Assembly (NCBI RefSeq): GCF_024502345.1
Contig: NZ_JALDNN010000002.1
DNA: 64,000 nt
Direction: 5' to 3' (one strand)
Source of the DNA: Escherichia coli
GTDB lineage: Bacteria; Pseudomonadota; Gammaproteobacteria; Enterobacterales; Enterobacteriaceae
The translations under genes were made by a program, and so were the position numbers. Positions 1-10,617 of the stretch are shown piece after piece (the stretch's first letter is position 1; every line of letters starts with the position of its first letter). The notes beneath the pieces are model-generated. The model did not search any database. It was not told where the DNA came from and saw only the letters and a program-made list of their open reading frames with translations.

Positions 1-502
1 AAACCGTGTGCTTGAGCGTCTGAATGCTGGCAAAACCGTCAGAAGCTTCTTGATTGCCGCCGTCGAGTTACTGACCGAGGCGGTCAATATTCTGGTGCTT
101 CAGGTGTTCCGCAAAGACGATTATGCGGTGAAATACGCCGTCGAACCGCTGCTGGACGGTAGCGGCCCGCTGGGCGATCTTTCGGTCCGGCTCAAGCTTA
201 TCTATGGGCTGGGCGTGATTAGCCGTCATGAGTATGAAGATGCGGAGCTGCAGATGGCGCTGCGTGAAGAGCTGAACCATGACGGCAGCGAATATGCCTT
301 CACGGATGATGAAATTCTTGGGCCGCTGGGTGAGCTGCACTGCGTCTCTGCCCTGCCGCCCGCGCCGCTCTTTGACGATAGCGATGCCGACCTGCTGGCA
401 ATGCAAAAACAGCGCTATCAACAGGTCGTTCGCTCAACGATGGTACTTTCTCTGACCGAGCTGATTTCCCGAATCAGCTTGAAAAAAGCCTTTCAGAAAT
501 AA
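1..502 (+). CDS. mtlR: mannitol operon repressor MtlR, 5'-partial (start lies upstream of window)
   Basis: ORF 8..502 (164 aa) matches the C-terminal two-thirds of enterobacterial MtlR as recalled; frame stays open to the window edge. Confidence 0.85.
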   Translation, partial: NRVLERLNAGKTVRSFLIAAVELLTEAVNILVLQVFRKDDYAVKYAVEPLLDGSGPLGDLSVRLKLIYGLGVISRHEYEDAELQMALREELNHDGSEYAFTDDEILGPLGELHCVSALPPAPLFDDSDADLLAMQKQRYQQVVRSTMVLSLTELISRISLKKAFQK

Positions 503-507
503 CACCG

Positions 508-723
508 TCAAACTTCTTTCGCCTGGTTCTCGACCGGCTGATAAAGTTTGCGGTAGTGTTCTAATCGCTCCAGAAACATCGCCGCTTTCTCTTCCGGGAT
601 CTCTTCCGGTACGTGACTCAGGCGAGGTGATTTCTTCAGATACTCCATAAATGCCTGACTGGACGCCATAAAATCGACGGCTTTGTCGATGACTAGTGGT
701 ACGTTTTCGCCAAGTTTGCCCAT
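508..723 (-). CDS. small conserved protein, YibT-like
   Basis: 71-aa ORF convergent with mtlR; size and position match the small gene downstream of mtlR in Enterobacteriaceae (from memory). Confidence 0.45.
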   Translation of the reverse strand: MGKLGENVPLVIDKAVDFMASSQAFMEYLKKSPRLSHVPEEIPEEKAAMFLERLEHYRKLYQPVENQAKEV

Positions 724-874
724 AACGTCGTCCTCCTCATGATTCCTCTCTTCAGAATGGACAATTAAGGGCGATCCGTTTGAGGAAAATGTGCGGATTC
801 TCGTGACGGCATGCTAAAAAAGAGATCTGCATAACCATTTCTCTTAAATTACAATAAATTCATGGGATTACTAA

Positions 875-986
875 GGAAGGTGCGAACAAGTCCCTGATAT
901 GAGATCATGTTTGTCATCTGGAGCCATGGAACAGGGTTCATCATGAGTCATCAACTTACCTTCGCCGACAGTGAATTCAGCAGTAA
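875..986 (+). mobile_element. IS5-family left-end fragment (IR plus first ~110 bp), interrupted
   Basis: Matches the start of the full copy at 1191 (ggaaggtgcgaacaag... through the first codons of the transposase), preceded by ctaa; breaks off at 987. Confidence 0.8.
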
Positions 987-1024
987 GGGGTCTGACGCTC
1001 AGTGGAACGAAAACTCACGTTAAG
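987..1024. repeat. Tn3-family 38-bp terminal inverted repeat (GGGGTCTGACGCTCAGTGGAACGAAAACTCACGTTAAG)
   Basis: Match to the recalled Tn3/Tn2 terminal IR, directly abutting the IS5 fragment. Confidence 0.8.
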
Positions 1025-1190
1025 CGATTGTGGCTGAGAAAAACCAAAGGATCCGGCGAGGATCCTTTGGTGTGCTGACATGACCAGTTTCTTTTGGGAT
1101 ATTTTTTCCCTGCATGAAGTCCTTTATGTCCTGATCATAATGCCATTAAAAATTCTATGCTATGGCTTCGCTATTTTAGACATTCCCTAA

Positions 1191-2386
<1,196 letters not shown>

Positions 2387-2517
2387 TTAATATAAAGACA
2401 CAAGCAGAGACATTTTTGGCACGATATAAAAACGCTAAGTTAAAAAATCACTATGACGTGTTGGGTATCAAATGTTCACTGGCATAAACCTCTGTTTCTG
2501 ATGTAAAACAGATTTTC

Positions 2518-2543
2518 TGAGGAGGCGTAAAACCTCCTCGTAC
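2518..2543 (-). terminator. possible hairpin terminator downstream of ftnB-like gene
   Basis: Inverted repeat gaggagg...cctcctc just 3' of the minus-strand stop; weak U-tract. Confidence 0.3.
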
Positions 2544-2555
2544 TGCGAAATTGAT

Positions 2556-3056
2556 TTAGTGATAGCGATCGATCACGCCAACCAGATAGTGGTCGGTTTG
2601 CTGCATGTTGATGCCCGCTTTTTTAGCGCTGCGGACTTCATCCAGAATGATTTGCAACAGCGTCCCGTCCACGATTTCCTCTTTTCTGTATCGCTTCAGG
2701 AAGTTAATCGCTGACTTATCGTTTGCTGCCTGGGCGTCTTCCGTCAAAGAGGTCAGCGCATTAATGCGCTTCTGGTAATCGCTTACCGTCTGCTCAAACA
2801 GATCTTCCAGCGTGGAAAATTCACCGCACCGGGCGTGTTGCTCCTGTAACACCGGCGTGGCGCCGCTCTGTTTGATGTATTCGTACATGCGCATCATTTG
2901 CGTCACCGTATTTTGCGCCTGATGACGCAAAAATAGTGCGGTGCCATTAAGGCTATTCTCGCTGCACCTCTGGCTGAGCTGAAGATACAAATTTGAGGTA
3001 TAAAACTCCTGATTCATTTGCGCATTCAGTTTTTGAACTATTCCGCTAGCGATCAT
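2556..3056 (-). CDS. ftnB: ferritin-like protein (FtnB-like)
   Basis: 166 aa; ferritin motifs (...KLNAQMNQEFYTSNLYLQLS..., ...ILDEVRSAKKAG...) resembling E. coli FtnB/YecI from memory. Confidence 0.75.
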   Translation of the reverse strand: MIASGIVQKLNAQMNQEFYTSNLYLQLSQRCSENSLNGTALFLRHQAQNTVTQMMRMYEYIKQSGATPVLQEQHARCGEFSTLEDLFEQTVSDYQKRINALTSLTEDAQAANDKSAINFLKRYRKEEIVDGTLLQIILDEVRSAKKAGINMQQTDHYLVGVIDRYH

Positions 3057-3330
3057 AGGACTTCCTTATTTCTTGTCATCTCAGAAAACGGTCACTCTTC
3101 GAAAAAACAACCAGAATAAAAGCGATTCTTTCGCTTTTTTTATTGCGCCTGGTTACACAGTCATATTCATTTTAAGTCGGGATGCTCCTTATTTAAATAT
3201 CCAACCCTACTATCGCATTTCTATCTGGCATTATTCTGTGATGGTGTTTCGATATTCACACTCCCTGTGCCAATCCTTTCTTATCGACAGTAGGAAACTT
3301 CCTCCGGCTATTCTGCTGAACACGATTAGG

Positions 3331-4150
3331 GGCACTGTTGCAAAGTTAGCGATGAGGCAGCGTTTTGTCTTATTCAAAGGCCTTACATTTCAAAAACTCT
3401 GCTTACCAGGCGCATTTCGCCCAGGGGATCACCATAATAAAATGCTGAGGCCTGGCCTTTGCGTAGTGCACGCATCACCTCAATACCTTTGATGGTGGCG
3501 TAAGCCGTCTTCATGGATTTAAATCCCAGCGTGGCGCCGATTATCCGTTTCAGTTTGCCATGATCGCATTCAATCACGTTGTTCCGGTACTTAATCTGTC
3601 GGTGTTCAACGTCAGACGGGCACCGGCCTTCGCGTTTGAGCAGAGCAAGCGCGCGACCATAGGCGGGCGCTTTATCCGTGTTGATGAATCGCGGGATCTG
3701 CCACTTCTTCACGTTGTTGAGGATTTTACCCAGAAACCGGTATGCAGCTTTGCTGTTACGACGGGAGGAGAGATAAAAATCGACAGTGCGGCCCCGGCTG
3801 TCGACGGCCCGGTACAGATACGCCCAGCGGCCATTGACCTTCACGTAGGTTTCATCCATGTGCCACGGGCAAAGATCGGAAGGGTTACGCCAGTACCAGC
3901 GCAGCCGTTTTTCCATTTCAGGCGCATAACGCTGAACCCAGCGGTAAATCGTGGAGTGATCGACATTCACTCCGCGTTCAGCCAGCATCTCCTGCAGCTC
4001 ACGGTAACTGATGCCGTATTTGCAGTACCAGCGTACGGCCCACAGAATGATGTCACGCTGAAAATGCCGGCCTTTGAATGGGTTCATGTGCAGCTCCATC
4101 AGCAAAAGGGGATGATAAGTTTATCACCACCGACTATTTGCAACAGTGCC
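3331..4150 (-). mobile_element. IS26 copy 1 (820 bp)
   Basis: 14-bp IRs GGCACTGTTGCAAA at both ends; flanking 8-mers differ (cgattagg vs ggcagacg), so no target-site duplication. Confidence 0.97.
3383..4087 (-). CDS. tnpA: IS26 transposase Tnp26 (234 aa)
   Basis: [25 protein letters not shown]... canonical Tnp26 sequence. Confidence 0.97.
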   Translation of the reverse strand: MNPFKGRHFQRDIILWAVRWYCKYGISYRELQEMLAERGVNVDHSTIYRWVQRYAPEMEKRLRWYWRNPSDLCPWHMDETYVKVNGRWAYLYRAVDSRGRTVDFYLSSRRNSKAAYRFLGKILNNVKKWQIPRFINTDKAPAYGRALALLKREGRCPSDVEHRQIKYRNNVIECDHGKLKRIIGATLGFKSMKTAYATIKGIEVMRALRKGQASAFYYGDPLGEMRLVSRVFEM

Positions 4151-4864
4151 GGCAGACGAACTACAGTTGCCGCGGGGCAGGTATTCAACGCTCCAGGTGG
4201 AGCCACTGGCATCCGGGGTACGCCGTCTGGAAGACTGTTATCGCGGGCTGCAGGAAAAAATCGTGCAGCTCGAAGGCAAAAAACGGTCGCAAAAACAGTT
4301 GATTGCTTCACATAAGAATCGTCCTTTTTATCATCTGTGGCACAGAAAAGGGGGCCAGCTCCCGGACGAGAAATGTGATGCCCTGCCCTGCCACTGCGGG
4401 CAGAAACACTGTCTCTGCCGCAGATCGGGGATTCAGACCTGGAGGTGGCGCAACGGGCAACCGGGGTCATCCGGCTGGCTACCCTGTGTGCTCAGTCGCA
4501 GAAAAGAATCCTGGAGCTGGAAAGGGATCTTGCCTCACAAAGTGAGGAGCTCGTTGACCTGCAGGCACATCCCTTTTTTAACCTGTGGGATAAATACCGC
4601 GACCTGATCCTGTTCTGGGGGGCGTGGTGACTTTTCTGGACTTTATCAGTGGATGTTGGGGGCATGAATGTTCCCGTTCCATAGCCACACACTGAAGAGG
4701 ACTGAAACCAGTGCCCGAAAATATCGTGTCTGTAATCACTGACGGGGTAGTTTTGTTTGCGACTTCGTCTGTTTTCTGGCTGGCCGTCGCTGGCTGGTTA
4801 GTCATCCTGACTCCGGTAATATTACGAAGAAAATTCTCGGCAAAGAAAAAAGTTAACAGAAATT

Positions 4865-5659
4865 ATGAATAACCTGGTTCCAGTTGGATCTCCGTCATCT
4901 CCCGGAACATTGCTTCCGGTGGCCATCGATTACCCTGCCGCCCTCGCCCTGCGCCAGATGGCGCTCGTGCAGGATGAACTGCCGAAATACCTGCTGGCGC
5001 CGGAAGTCAGCGCCCTGCTCCATTACGTGCCGGATCTTCACCGCAAGATGCTGCTGGTGACGCTGTGGAACACCGGCGCGCGCATTAATGAAGCGCTCGC
5101 GCTGACCCGGGGGGATTTTTCACTGACGCCGCCGTATCCGTTCGTGCAGCTGGCCACGCTCAAGCAGCGCGCCGAGAAAGCGGCCAGGACGGCAGGTCGT
5201 GCTCCCGCAGGCAGTCAGGTCCATCGTCTTGTTCCGCTTTCCGATCACCACTACGTCAGCCAGCTACAGATGATGGTGGCCACCCTGAAAATTCCGCTGG
5301 AAAGACGAAACAAGCACACCGGCAGAATTGAGAAGGCGCGTATCTGGGAGATCACAGACCGTACCGTCCGCACCTGGCTTAGCGAAGCGGTGGAGGCCGC
5401 AGCGGCCGACGGGGTGACGTTCTCAGTACCGGTGACCCCCCATACGTTCCGTCACTCCTACGCGATGCACATGCTGTACGCCGGTATTCCGCTGAAAGTG
5501 CTGCAGAGCCTGATGGGCCATAAATCGATTAGCTCGACGGAGGTCTATACGAAGGTGTTTGCGCTCGATGTCGCAGCGCGCCATCGTGTGCAGTTCGCCA
5601 TGCCGGAAGCTGAAGCTGTTGCGTTGATAAAAAAGTTAACCCCAGACCAATCTACATAG
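4865..5659 (+). CDS. tyrosine site-specific recombinase (plasmid resolvase, ResD-like)
   Basis: 264 aa; C-terminal catalytic region ...HTFRHSYAMHMLYAGIPLKVLQSLMGHKSISSTEVYTKV... typical of phage-integrase family; adjacent to partition genes. Confidence 0.8.
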   Translation: MNNLVPVGSPSSPGTLLPVAIDYPAALALRQMALVQDELPKYLLAPEVSALLHYVPDLHRKMLLVTLWNTGARINEALALTRGDFSLTPPYPFVQLATLKQRAEKAARTAGRAPAGSQVHRLVPLSDHHYVSQLQMMVATLKIPLERRNKHTGRIEKARIWEITDRTVRTWLSEAVEAAAADGVTFSVPVTPHTFRHSYAMHMLYAGIPLKVLQSLMGHKSISSTEVYTKVFALDVAARHRVQFAMPEAEAVALIKKLTPDQST

Positions 5660-5745
5660 GTCAACTATGGGTATACCCCAGGTTTCGACCTAAAGTAGTT
5701 CTTGTGTGGGAAACAGTCCAAGCTTAATGGGGGGCTTATCCTGCC

Positions 5746-5943
5746 TCACCTTCTACAGCTATCAATCACATTAATGATGTTCAGAAAGGCCCTCATTGCC
5801 CTAAAGAAATAAAATGCAGCCATGAAAATAAAGAATAATTGAGATACAACTCCTGCTAAATCATGGTTGCTACCAGCCACTGATAGCAACGTAAATAGTA
5901 ATGCAAGCGAAAAATATAAGGCAATTGTAGTATTTGAATTCAT
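5746..5943 (-). CDS. small hydrophobic protein, two predicted TM segments
   Basis: 65-aa ORF with strongly hydrophobic composition; no recognisable family. Confidence 0.3.
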   Translation of the reverse strand: MNSNTTIALYFSLALLFTLLSVAGSNHDLAGVVSQLFFIFMAAFYFFRAMRAFLNIINVIDSCRR

Positions 5944-6033
5944 GTATATCCCCTTATGTATAGGACTGAGGCCACCCCCAAATTTTCACTATCGCGCAGT
6001 TATTGCCTCGATATAAAAGGTGTTACCACCCTG

Positions 6034-6080
6034 AACAAGATAACAAGATAACAAGATAACAAGATAACAAGATAACAAGA
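6034..6080. repeat. ACAAGATA 8-bp direct repeats (about 6 copies), putative centromere/operator of the parA locus
   Basis: Tandem acaagata units; a second shorter block lies at 7165-7194 on the other side of the operon. Confidence 0.6.
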
Positions 6081-6082
6081 TA

Positions 6083-6385
6083 TTATCGTTGTTTTGCTTC
6101 TGCGATTAATCTGGATATCTCTGTTTTTGATAAACTTTTTAGTGCCTCTACCGCTGCCCTGACTACGTCAGAACGATTCACTCTGCTTTTACCTGAAATC
6201 ATTTCACCCGTTATAAGATCATCAATGTCTTTTAAGTTTTCTTCAAAAAAGGAAATGCTCACTGGTTTTGCTTTACTTACAGCCAATGGTCTCTCTGAAG
6301 TCACTTTGGTATTATCAATACCAGCAGTACCACCGTTAATAAACGCTGCCTCATCACGAGATGGAGTATTTGCTCTATTTCTCAC
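6083..6385 (-). CDS. small partition protein (ParG/ParB-like partner of ParA)
   Basis: 100-aa ORF with 4-bp overlap to the upstream ParA gene; typical type Ib organisation. Confidence 0.6.
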   Translation of the reverse strand: MRNRANTPSRDEAAFINGGTAGIDNTKVTSERPLAVSKAKPVSISFFEENLKDIDDLITGEMISGKSRVNRSDVVRAAVEALKSLSKTEISRLIAEAKQR

Positions 6386-7011
6386 AGAATAACCTCTTTA
6401 ACTAACGATTCGATTTCTTGTTGTGCTTTGTCATTTTGCGTTTCAAATATTGTCATTGATTCTGCCCAAGCATCTCGATGCGCTTTTCGATCACAAACTC
6501 GGGAGTTAGCCAGCCGCATTTCAGGATAATCCTTGAGTACGTCAGCTGCCTGATTTGCTTCATTGACAAACATGTTCGTGGGCGTCATGTTTAAAACGAG
6601 ATATCCCCGGACGTCCTCATTAAAATCTTTTGCTGCTGTAAAAACAGAGCATGTATGAGGCACTACATCCAGGTCCATCTGAGAAGGCCGCAACGGAGAA
6701 ATGAATACGTCAGCGGCCATCAACCCACTACGCATTTCTGCACTGTCGCGGCCAGCACAGTCTGCGATGACAAAGTCATAAGATTTCTCGTGTTCCTTTA
6801 GCATGGCTTTGATGTTGCCTGTTGCGCCAGTAACCGGAATATGGGGAAGATCTTCAGGACGATTGTTGTACCAGGTCAATACAGATTTCTGGTCATCTGC
6901 GTCGACAATGATCACTCGATTGCCCAGTGACATCAGATACGCAGCTATAGATACCGCCAGTGTACTTTTACCAACCCCACCCTTTTGACTACCCAATACT
7001 ATTATCATCAC
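6382..7011 (-). CDS. parA: ParA-family partition ATPase (small, type Ib)
   Basis: 209 aa; deviant Walker A GSQKGGVGKST at N-terminus. Confidence 0.85.
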   Translation of the reverse strand: MMIIVLGSQKGGVGKSTLAVSIAAYLMSLGNRVIIVDADDQKSVLTWYNNRPEDLPHIPVTGATGNIKAMLKEHEKSYDFVIADCAGRDSAEMRSGLMAADVFISPLRPSQMDLDVVPHTCSVFTAAKDFNEDVRGYLVLNMTPTNMFVNEANQAADVLKDYPEMRLANSRVCDRKAHRDAWAESMTIFETQNDKAQQEIESLVKEVIL

Positions 7012-7164
7012 AGCCTCATATTAAGTTGTTAAGTTAACAACTTAATATTGCCAAACAGGCGGCAATATTGCAATACCATTATTAAGTTAACATCTTATTA
7101 AGTTAATAACTACATGAATTATAATTAAATTACCTTTATACCTTAACAAATTGGTAAGATGTTA

Positions 7165-7194
7165 GGATAACAAGATAACAAGATAACAAGATGG
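7165..7194. repeat. ACAAGATA direct repeats (about 3.5 copies)
   Basis: ggataacaagataacaagataacaagatgg upstream of parA. Confidence 0.6.
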
Positions 7195-7269
7195 CAAAGT
7201 GGTGCCTTTATCCGAAATCCCCATAGAACCGCATAATGCGGCTTTCAACTCCAGGCTACCTTTAGGGAG

Positions 7270-7580
7270 GGTAGTATCAACCAGTTATGACCGCGTGAAG
7301 CAAAAAGTGGGGTGTAGTGGGAAGCCTTTGAATCTTCGGTGTGTCGAAGTGGGGAGTTGGTGAGACAAATTTGGTAAAAGGTGGGGAGAAGCTGGATTGC
7401 TTTTCACTTCTATCCAAAAAGGTGTGTTGAAGTGGGAAGGTGCGTAAGTATATACAGATAAAAACACACATTTAACAGGTTCTCATCCCGCTACAACACA
7501 CCTATTAAGACGTTTAAGGCGAGGCTTCCCCTTACAACACACCTATCAAAATGTTTAAGAAGAGAGCTCCCGTTTCAACA
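7270..7580. promoter_or_regulatory. iteron cluster downstream of repA (repeats containing ACAACACACCT/GGTGTGT)
   Basis: Multiple spaced repeats of aggtgtgttg / acaacacacct. Confidence 0.6.
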
Positions 7581-7584
7581 CACC

Positions 7585-8478
7585 TTATACAGCTGTTCCT
7601 GGTTTCAGATTTGCTGAGCGACGGTGGATCAGAATGAAAGTCTCTTTACCTTTTTTGGTGATGCTGTGGTCAAGGTACCCAATATCCTGCAACTGCTTGA
7701 GGGCCAGTTTAATGATACGGTTCTGTTCCTTTACCGGAGAGAGCAATGAGAGCCTGTCTCGTATTCGTTTGAAAGATATGGGGACTGGGTTCGTAGGCAG
7801 ACTTTCGATGAAAGTATACAGGGCCTGAGCTGCTTCCTTTCGGGTTAAAGCATTTATCGGCTTATGTCGTAGCAGAACAGTGTAATCAGTTTGGTAGAGT
7901 TCCCATAGTCGCTGATCAGCTTCAAGTTCCACCTGGTCGTTTGCAAAATCCAGTTCACCTGTCTTAAGCAAACCTGTTACGGAAACTTTTTGAAGGCCCT
8001 CTGAGTCGCTACGGGTAAAGGTAATGGTCTTGCCACGTATCCTGGTCAAAGCTTCTGAAATACTTTTTCTAAGACGGGAATCGAATCTCTTAGACTCAAA
8101 GCGGCACATTCCAGCAAACTCATGAAAAGTAAGCTTAATGCTGTTGGTTTTTAAACCGTACTTACTGAAAGCTTCTATGATACCGACCCATACCTTGAAG
8201 TCGATGGCCATACTCAACCGTTCACCGGTTATACGAATATCGTCGTAACCCTCCCGCCTTGAGAATTCCAAATCCTTGAGAACAGAGGTCGCATCGATTG
8301 ATGTTCTAGTGCCCTTTGCAGGCCTGCTTGAAGGAACAAAAACATTTAATCTCATCAGGGCTACAGGCTGAACTGTGGCCTTACTTGTGACGGTGAGTTT
8401 ATTGTTAACACTTTCACAATCTGGACCTATAACCTCGCCGATATAAACATTCTCATTCATATAGTTATATCCATTCAT
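7585..8478 (-). CDS. repA: replication initiator RepA (Rep_3 family, RepFIB-like)
   Basis: 297 aa; Rep_3-type sequence; iterons on both sides. Confidence 0.85.
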   Translation of the reverse strand: MNGYNYMNENVYIGEVIGPDCESVNNKLTVTSKATVQPVALMRLNVFVPSSRPAKGTRTSIDATSVLKDLEFSRREGYDDIRITGERLSMAIDFKVWVGIIEAFSKYGLKTNSIKLTFHEFAGMCRFESKRFDSRLRKSISEALTRIRGKTITFTRSDSEGLQKVSVTGLLKTGELDFANDQVELEADQRLWELYQTDYTVLLRHKPINALTRKEAAQALYTFIESLPTNPVPISFKRIRDRLSLLSPVKEQNRIIKLALKQLQDIGYLDHSITKKGKETFILIHRRSANLKPGTAV

Positions 8479-8504
8479 AGCATATGATCGATATGTGCCT
8501 AAAT

Positions 8505-8625
8505 ATTAACTCTTTCCCGTTTCGACACACCTTTCTTCCCGATTCTACCCACCCTTACCCCGTTTTGACACACCTTTTTCCCGCTTCAGAACACCTTTCT
8601 CCCACTACGACACACCTGAAATCGC
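8505..8625. promoter_or_regulatory. iteron cluster upstream of repA (GACACACCT repeats)
   Basis: cgacacacctttc...ttgacacaccttttt...cagaacacctttc...cgacacacctgaaa direct repeats. Confidence 0.65.
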
Positions 8626-8871
8626 TACGAAGCCCGTAAACAAAGGTTTTGCCGCTAAAGGGATCAGTTTGGATCTATTTGGATAACTAAGGGTAAATTA
8701 TTGGATCTACTCAAAGGATATGTGGATAACTCATTATGGAATCTATAGAACTTAAGTGCGTAAGGTGTTTTAAAAGGCTTCAGCTCCCCTGGTGCTTCCT
8801 CGCTCACTCGCGGGCTTCGCCCTGTCGTTCGGCTGCGGCGAGCACTGCTGGCTCTCTCTGAAAGGCAAAAT

Positions 8872-10143
8872 TTAACCGATCCTCGCAACGGGGATATCTC
8901 TCCAGCGAGTGGTGTACGCAGGGGAGAGCATATCGCGTTTCATTTGCCAGGATGGCACAATTCCTCTACCGGCAAACCATACTTTACCCAGCCCTGAGTT
9001 GTTGATCCCGTCCAGAACCCTCATCAGCTCAGCACTGTGAGGGCGTGGCGGGCGTTCGTCGAACAGCTGCAGCTGCGAAACGCCGGAGCCGGTGAAGTCA
9101 TTCAGCATAACTCCGGCTTTGGCATACCTGTGCCCATCCCTCCAGATACGCTCCAGAGCCGTTGTGGCGGCTGCAATGATGTCCCTGGTGTCCTGAGTGG
9201 GTGTAAGAAGTTTTTCCGTAGCCACGTTGCCGTAGTAAGGCTCTTTAACGGCGAACGGAGACGTTTTGATGAAAACGGAAATATGCCGGCAATACTGGTG
9301 CTCTTTACGCAGCTTTTCAGAGGCCCGCTCTGCGTGCTGACAGATAGCCTGACGGAGTGACTCGTACTCCGTGATCTTCACGCCAAAACTGCGGCTGCAG
9401 ACAATTTGCTGTTTCGTCGGAGGGGCTTCCTCAAGCGAAAGGCAGCTTTCCCCGTTCAGTTCCCGTACCGTTCGCTCAAGGACGACAGAAAAATTTTTGC
9501 GGATGAAGGCCGGGTTCGTCAGAGCCAGATCGAGCGCGGTCTTAATGCCCAGTACATTCAGCTTGCGTGCAATACGGTTACCCACCCCCCAGATTTCTTC
9601 AACCGGCTGCAGTGAAAGCAGTTTCCGCGTTCTCTGCGGATTTCCCCTGGTCAGAGCAAGTACGCCACGAAACTGTTTCCACTCTTTTGAGGCCCACTGG
9701 GCTGATTTTGCGAGGGTCTTCGTTGGCCCGGCGCCCACGCCAATGGTAAGGCGGGTACAGTCATACACGTGCTGACGCAGCTGCCGGCCGAAGTCCTCAA
9801 GCTCCATACAGTGCTCCACGCCGGTCAGGTCGAGGAACATCTCATCAATTGAATACTGTTCCACCCTGGGGGCCAGTTCCTCCAGGCTGTTCATCACGCG
9901 CGCCGACATCGAAGCATAAAGTTCATAGTTACTTGAAAACGCATATATTTTTTCCGGGTATCTTTCGTTTTTTATCTGAAACCACGGAGTTCCCATTTTG
10001 ATCCAGCGCTTCGCCTCGGCACTGCGAGCGATTACGTTCCCGTCGTTGTTGCTCAGGACGACTATCGGCTTTCCTTTCAAATCCGGTCGGAAAACACGTT
10101 CACAGCTGGCATAGAAGCTGTTCACATCGGCCAGGGCAAACAT
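8872..10143 (-). CDS. umuC: error-prone DNA polymerase V subunit UmuC (Y-family polymerase)
   Basis: 423 aa; [22 protein letters not shown]... N-terminus and Y-family polymerase motifs. Confidence 0.95.
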   Translation of the reverse strand: MFALADVNSFYASCERVFRPDLKGKPIVVLSNNDGNVIARSAEAKRWIKMGTPWFQIKNERYPEKIYAFSSNYELYASMSARVMNSLEELAPRVEQYSIDEMFLDLTGVEHCMELEDFGRQLRQHVYDCTRLTIGVGAGPTKTLAKSAQWASKEWKQFRGVLALTRGNPQRTRKLLSLQPVEEIWGVGNRIARKLNVLGIKTALDLALTNPAFIRKNFSVVLERTVRELNGESCLSLEEAPPTKQQIVCSRSFGVKITEYESLRQAICQHAERASEKLRKEHQYCRHISVFIKTSPFAVKEPYYGNVATEKLLTPTQDTRDIIAAATTALERIWRDGHRYAKAGVMLNDFTGSGVSQLQLFDERPPRPHSAELMRVLDGINNSGLGKVWFAGRGIVPSWQMKRDMLSPAYTTRWRDIPVARIG

Positions 10144-10574
10144 CAGTACATCTCCCTCGGGCGGTGGATGATATGCGTGACGACGCCAAAGATATCCAGC
10201 TCATCGGGGTCAGGATAAGTCGGCGACCAGGAGGCATTCATGGGCTGCAGCGTCAGTCGAGGCGTCAGCAGAAGCCGTTTAACCGTAAACTCCCCCTGTA
10301 CGCTGGCGACAACGATATCGCCGTGCCGCGGCTTTTCAGCACTGTCCACAACCAGCAGATCGCCATTGTACAGACTACCGTCCGCCATGCTGTCTCCGCT
10401 GGCACGCAGGTAGTACGTCGCGCTCGGATGCCGTATGCAGTAATCATGGAGATCCAGATCGGACTCGACATAGTCAGCGGCAGGGCTGGGAAAACCGCAG
10501 CTGGCCAGATCGGCAAACAATGGATGAGCCTGTGGCGGGTGTTCTTTCCCGGTGCTGAAAAGCTGTAGCTTCAT
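10143..10574 (-). CDS. umuD: UmuD (LexA-like self-cleaving peptidase S24)
   Basis: 143 aa from ATG at 10574 ([13 protein letters not shown]...), preceded by GGAGGA RBS; stop overlaps umuC start; the 270-aa track ORF is an upstream over-extension. Confidence 0.9.
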   Translation of the reverse strand: MKLQLFSTGKEHPPQAHPLFADLASCGFPSPAADYVESDLDLHDYCIRHPSATYYLRASGDSMADGSLYNGDLLVVDSAEKPRHGDIVVASVQGEFTVKRLLLTPRLTLQPMNASWSPTYPDPDELDIFGVVTHIIHRPREMY

Positions 10575-10597
10575 CTTTCCTCCTGATACTCTAATTT

Positions 10598-10617
10598 TAC
10601 TGGTTATGCATACAGTG
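10598..10617. promoter_or_regulatory. LexA (SOS) box TACTGGTTATGCATACAGTG
   Basis: CTG-N10-CAG core with one mismatch to consensus, about 25 bp upstream of umuD start. Confidence 0.7.

Noticed and set aside
987-1024. pBR322-like sequence as cloning-vector contamination
   Set aside because: Only the 38-bp Tn3-family terminal IR matches; the flanking sequence is not vector, and this IR is common on natural plasmids
3073-3492. 139-aa plus-strand ORF upstream of ftnB
   Set aside because: Low-complexity translation spanning the IS26 boundary; more likely the ftnB promoter region plus IS end
3560-4315. 251-aa ORF antisense to IS26 tnpA (same pattern at 52649..53347 and within 33322..34539)
   Set aside because: Conserved antisense open frame of IS26; present identically in every copy
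8664-8888. 74-aa minus-strand ORF downstream of umuC
   Set aside because: Overlaps the umuC 3' end and a GC-rich stem-loop region; no support as a gene
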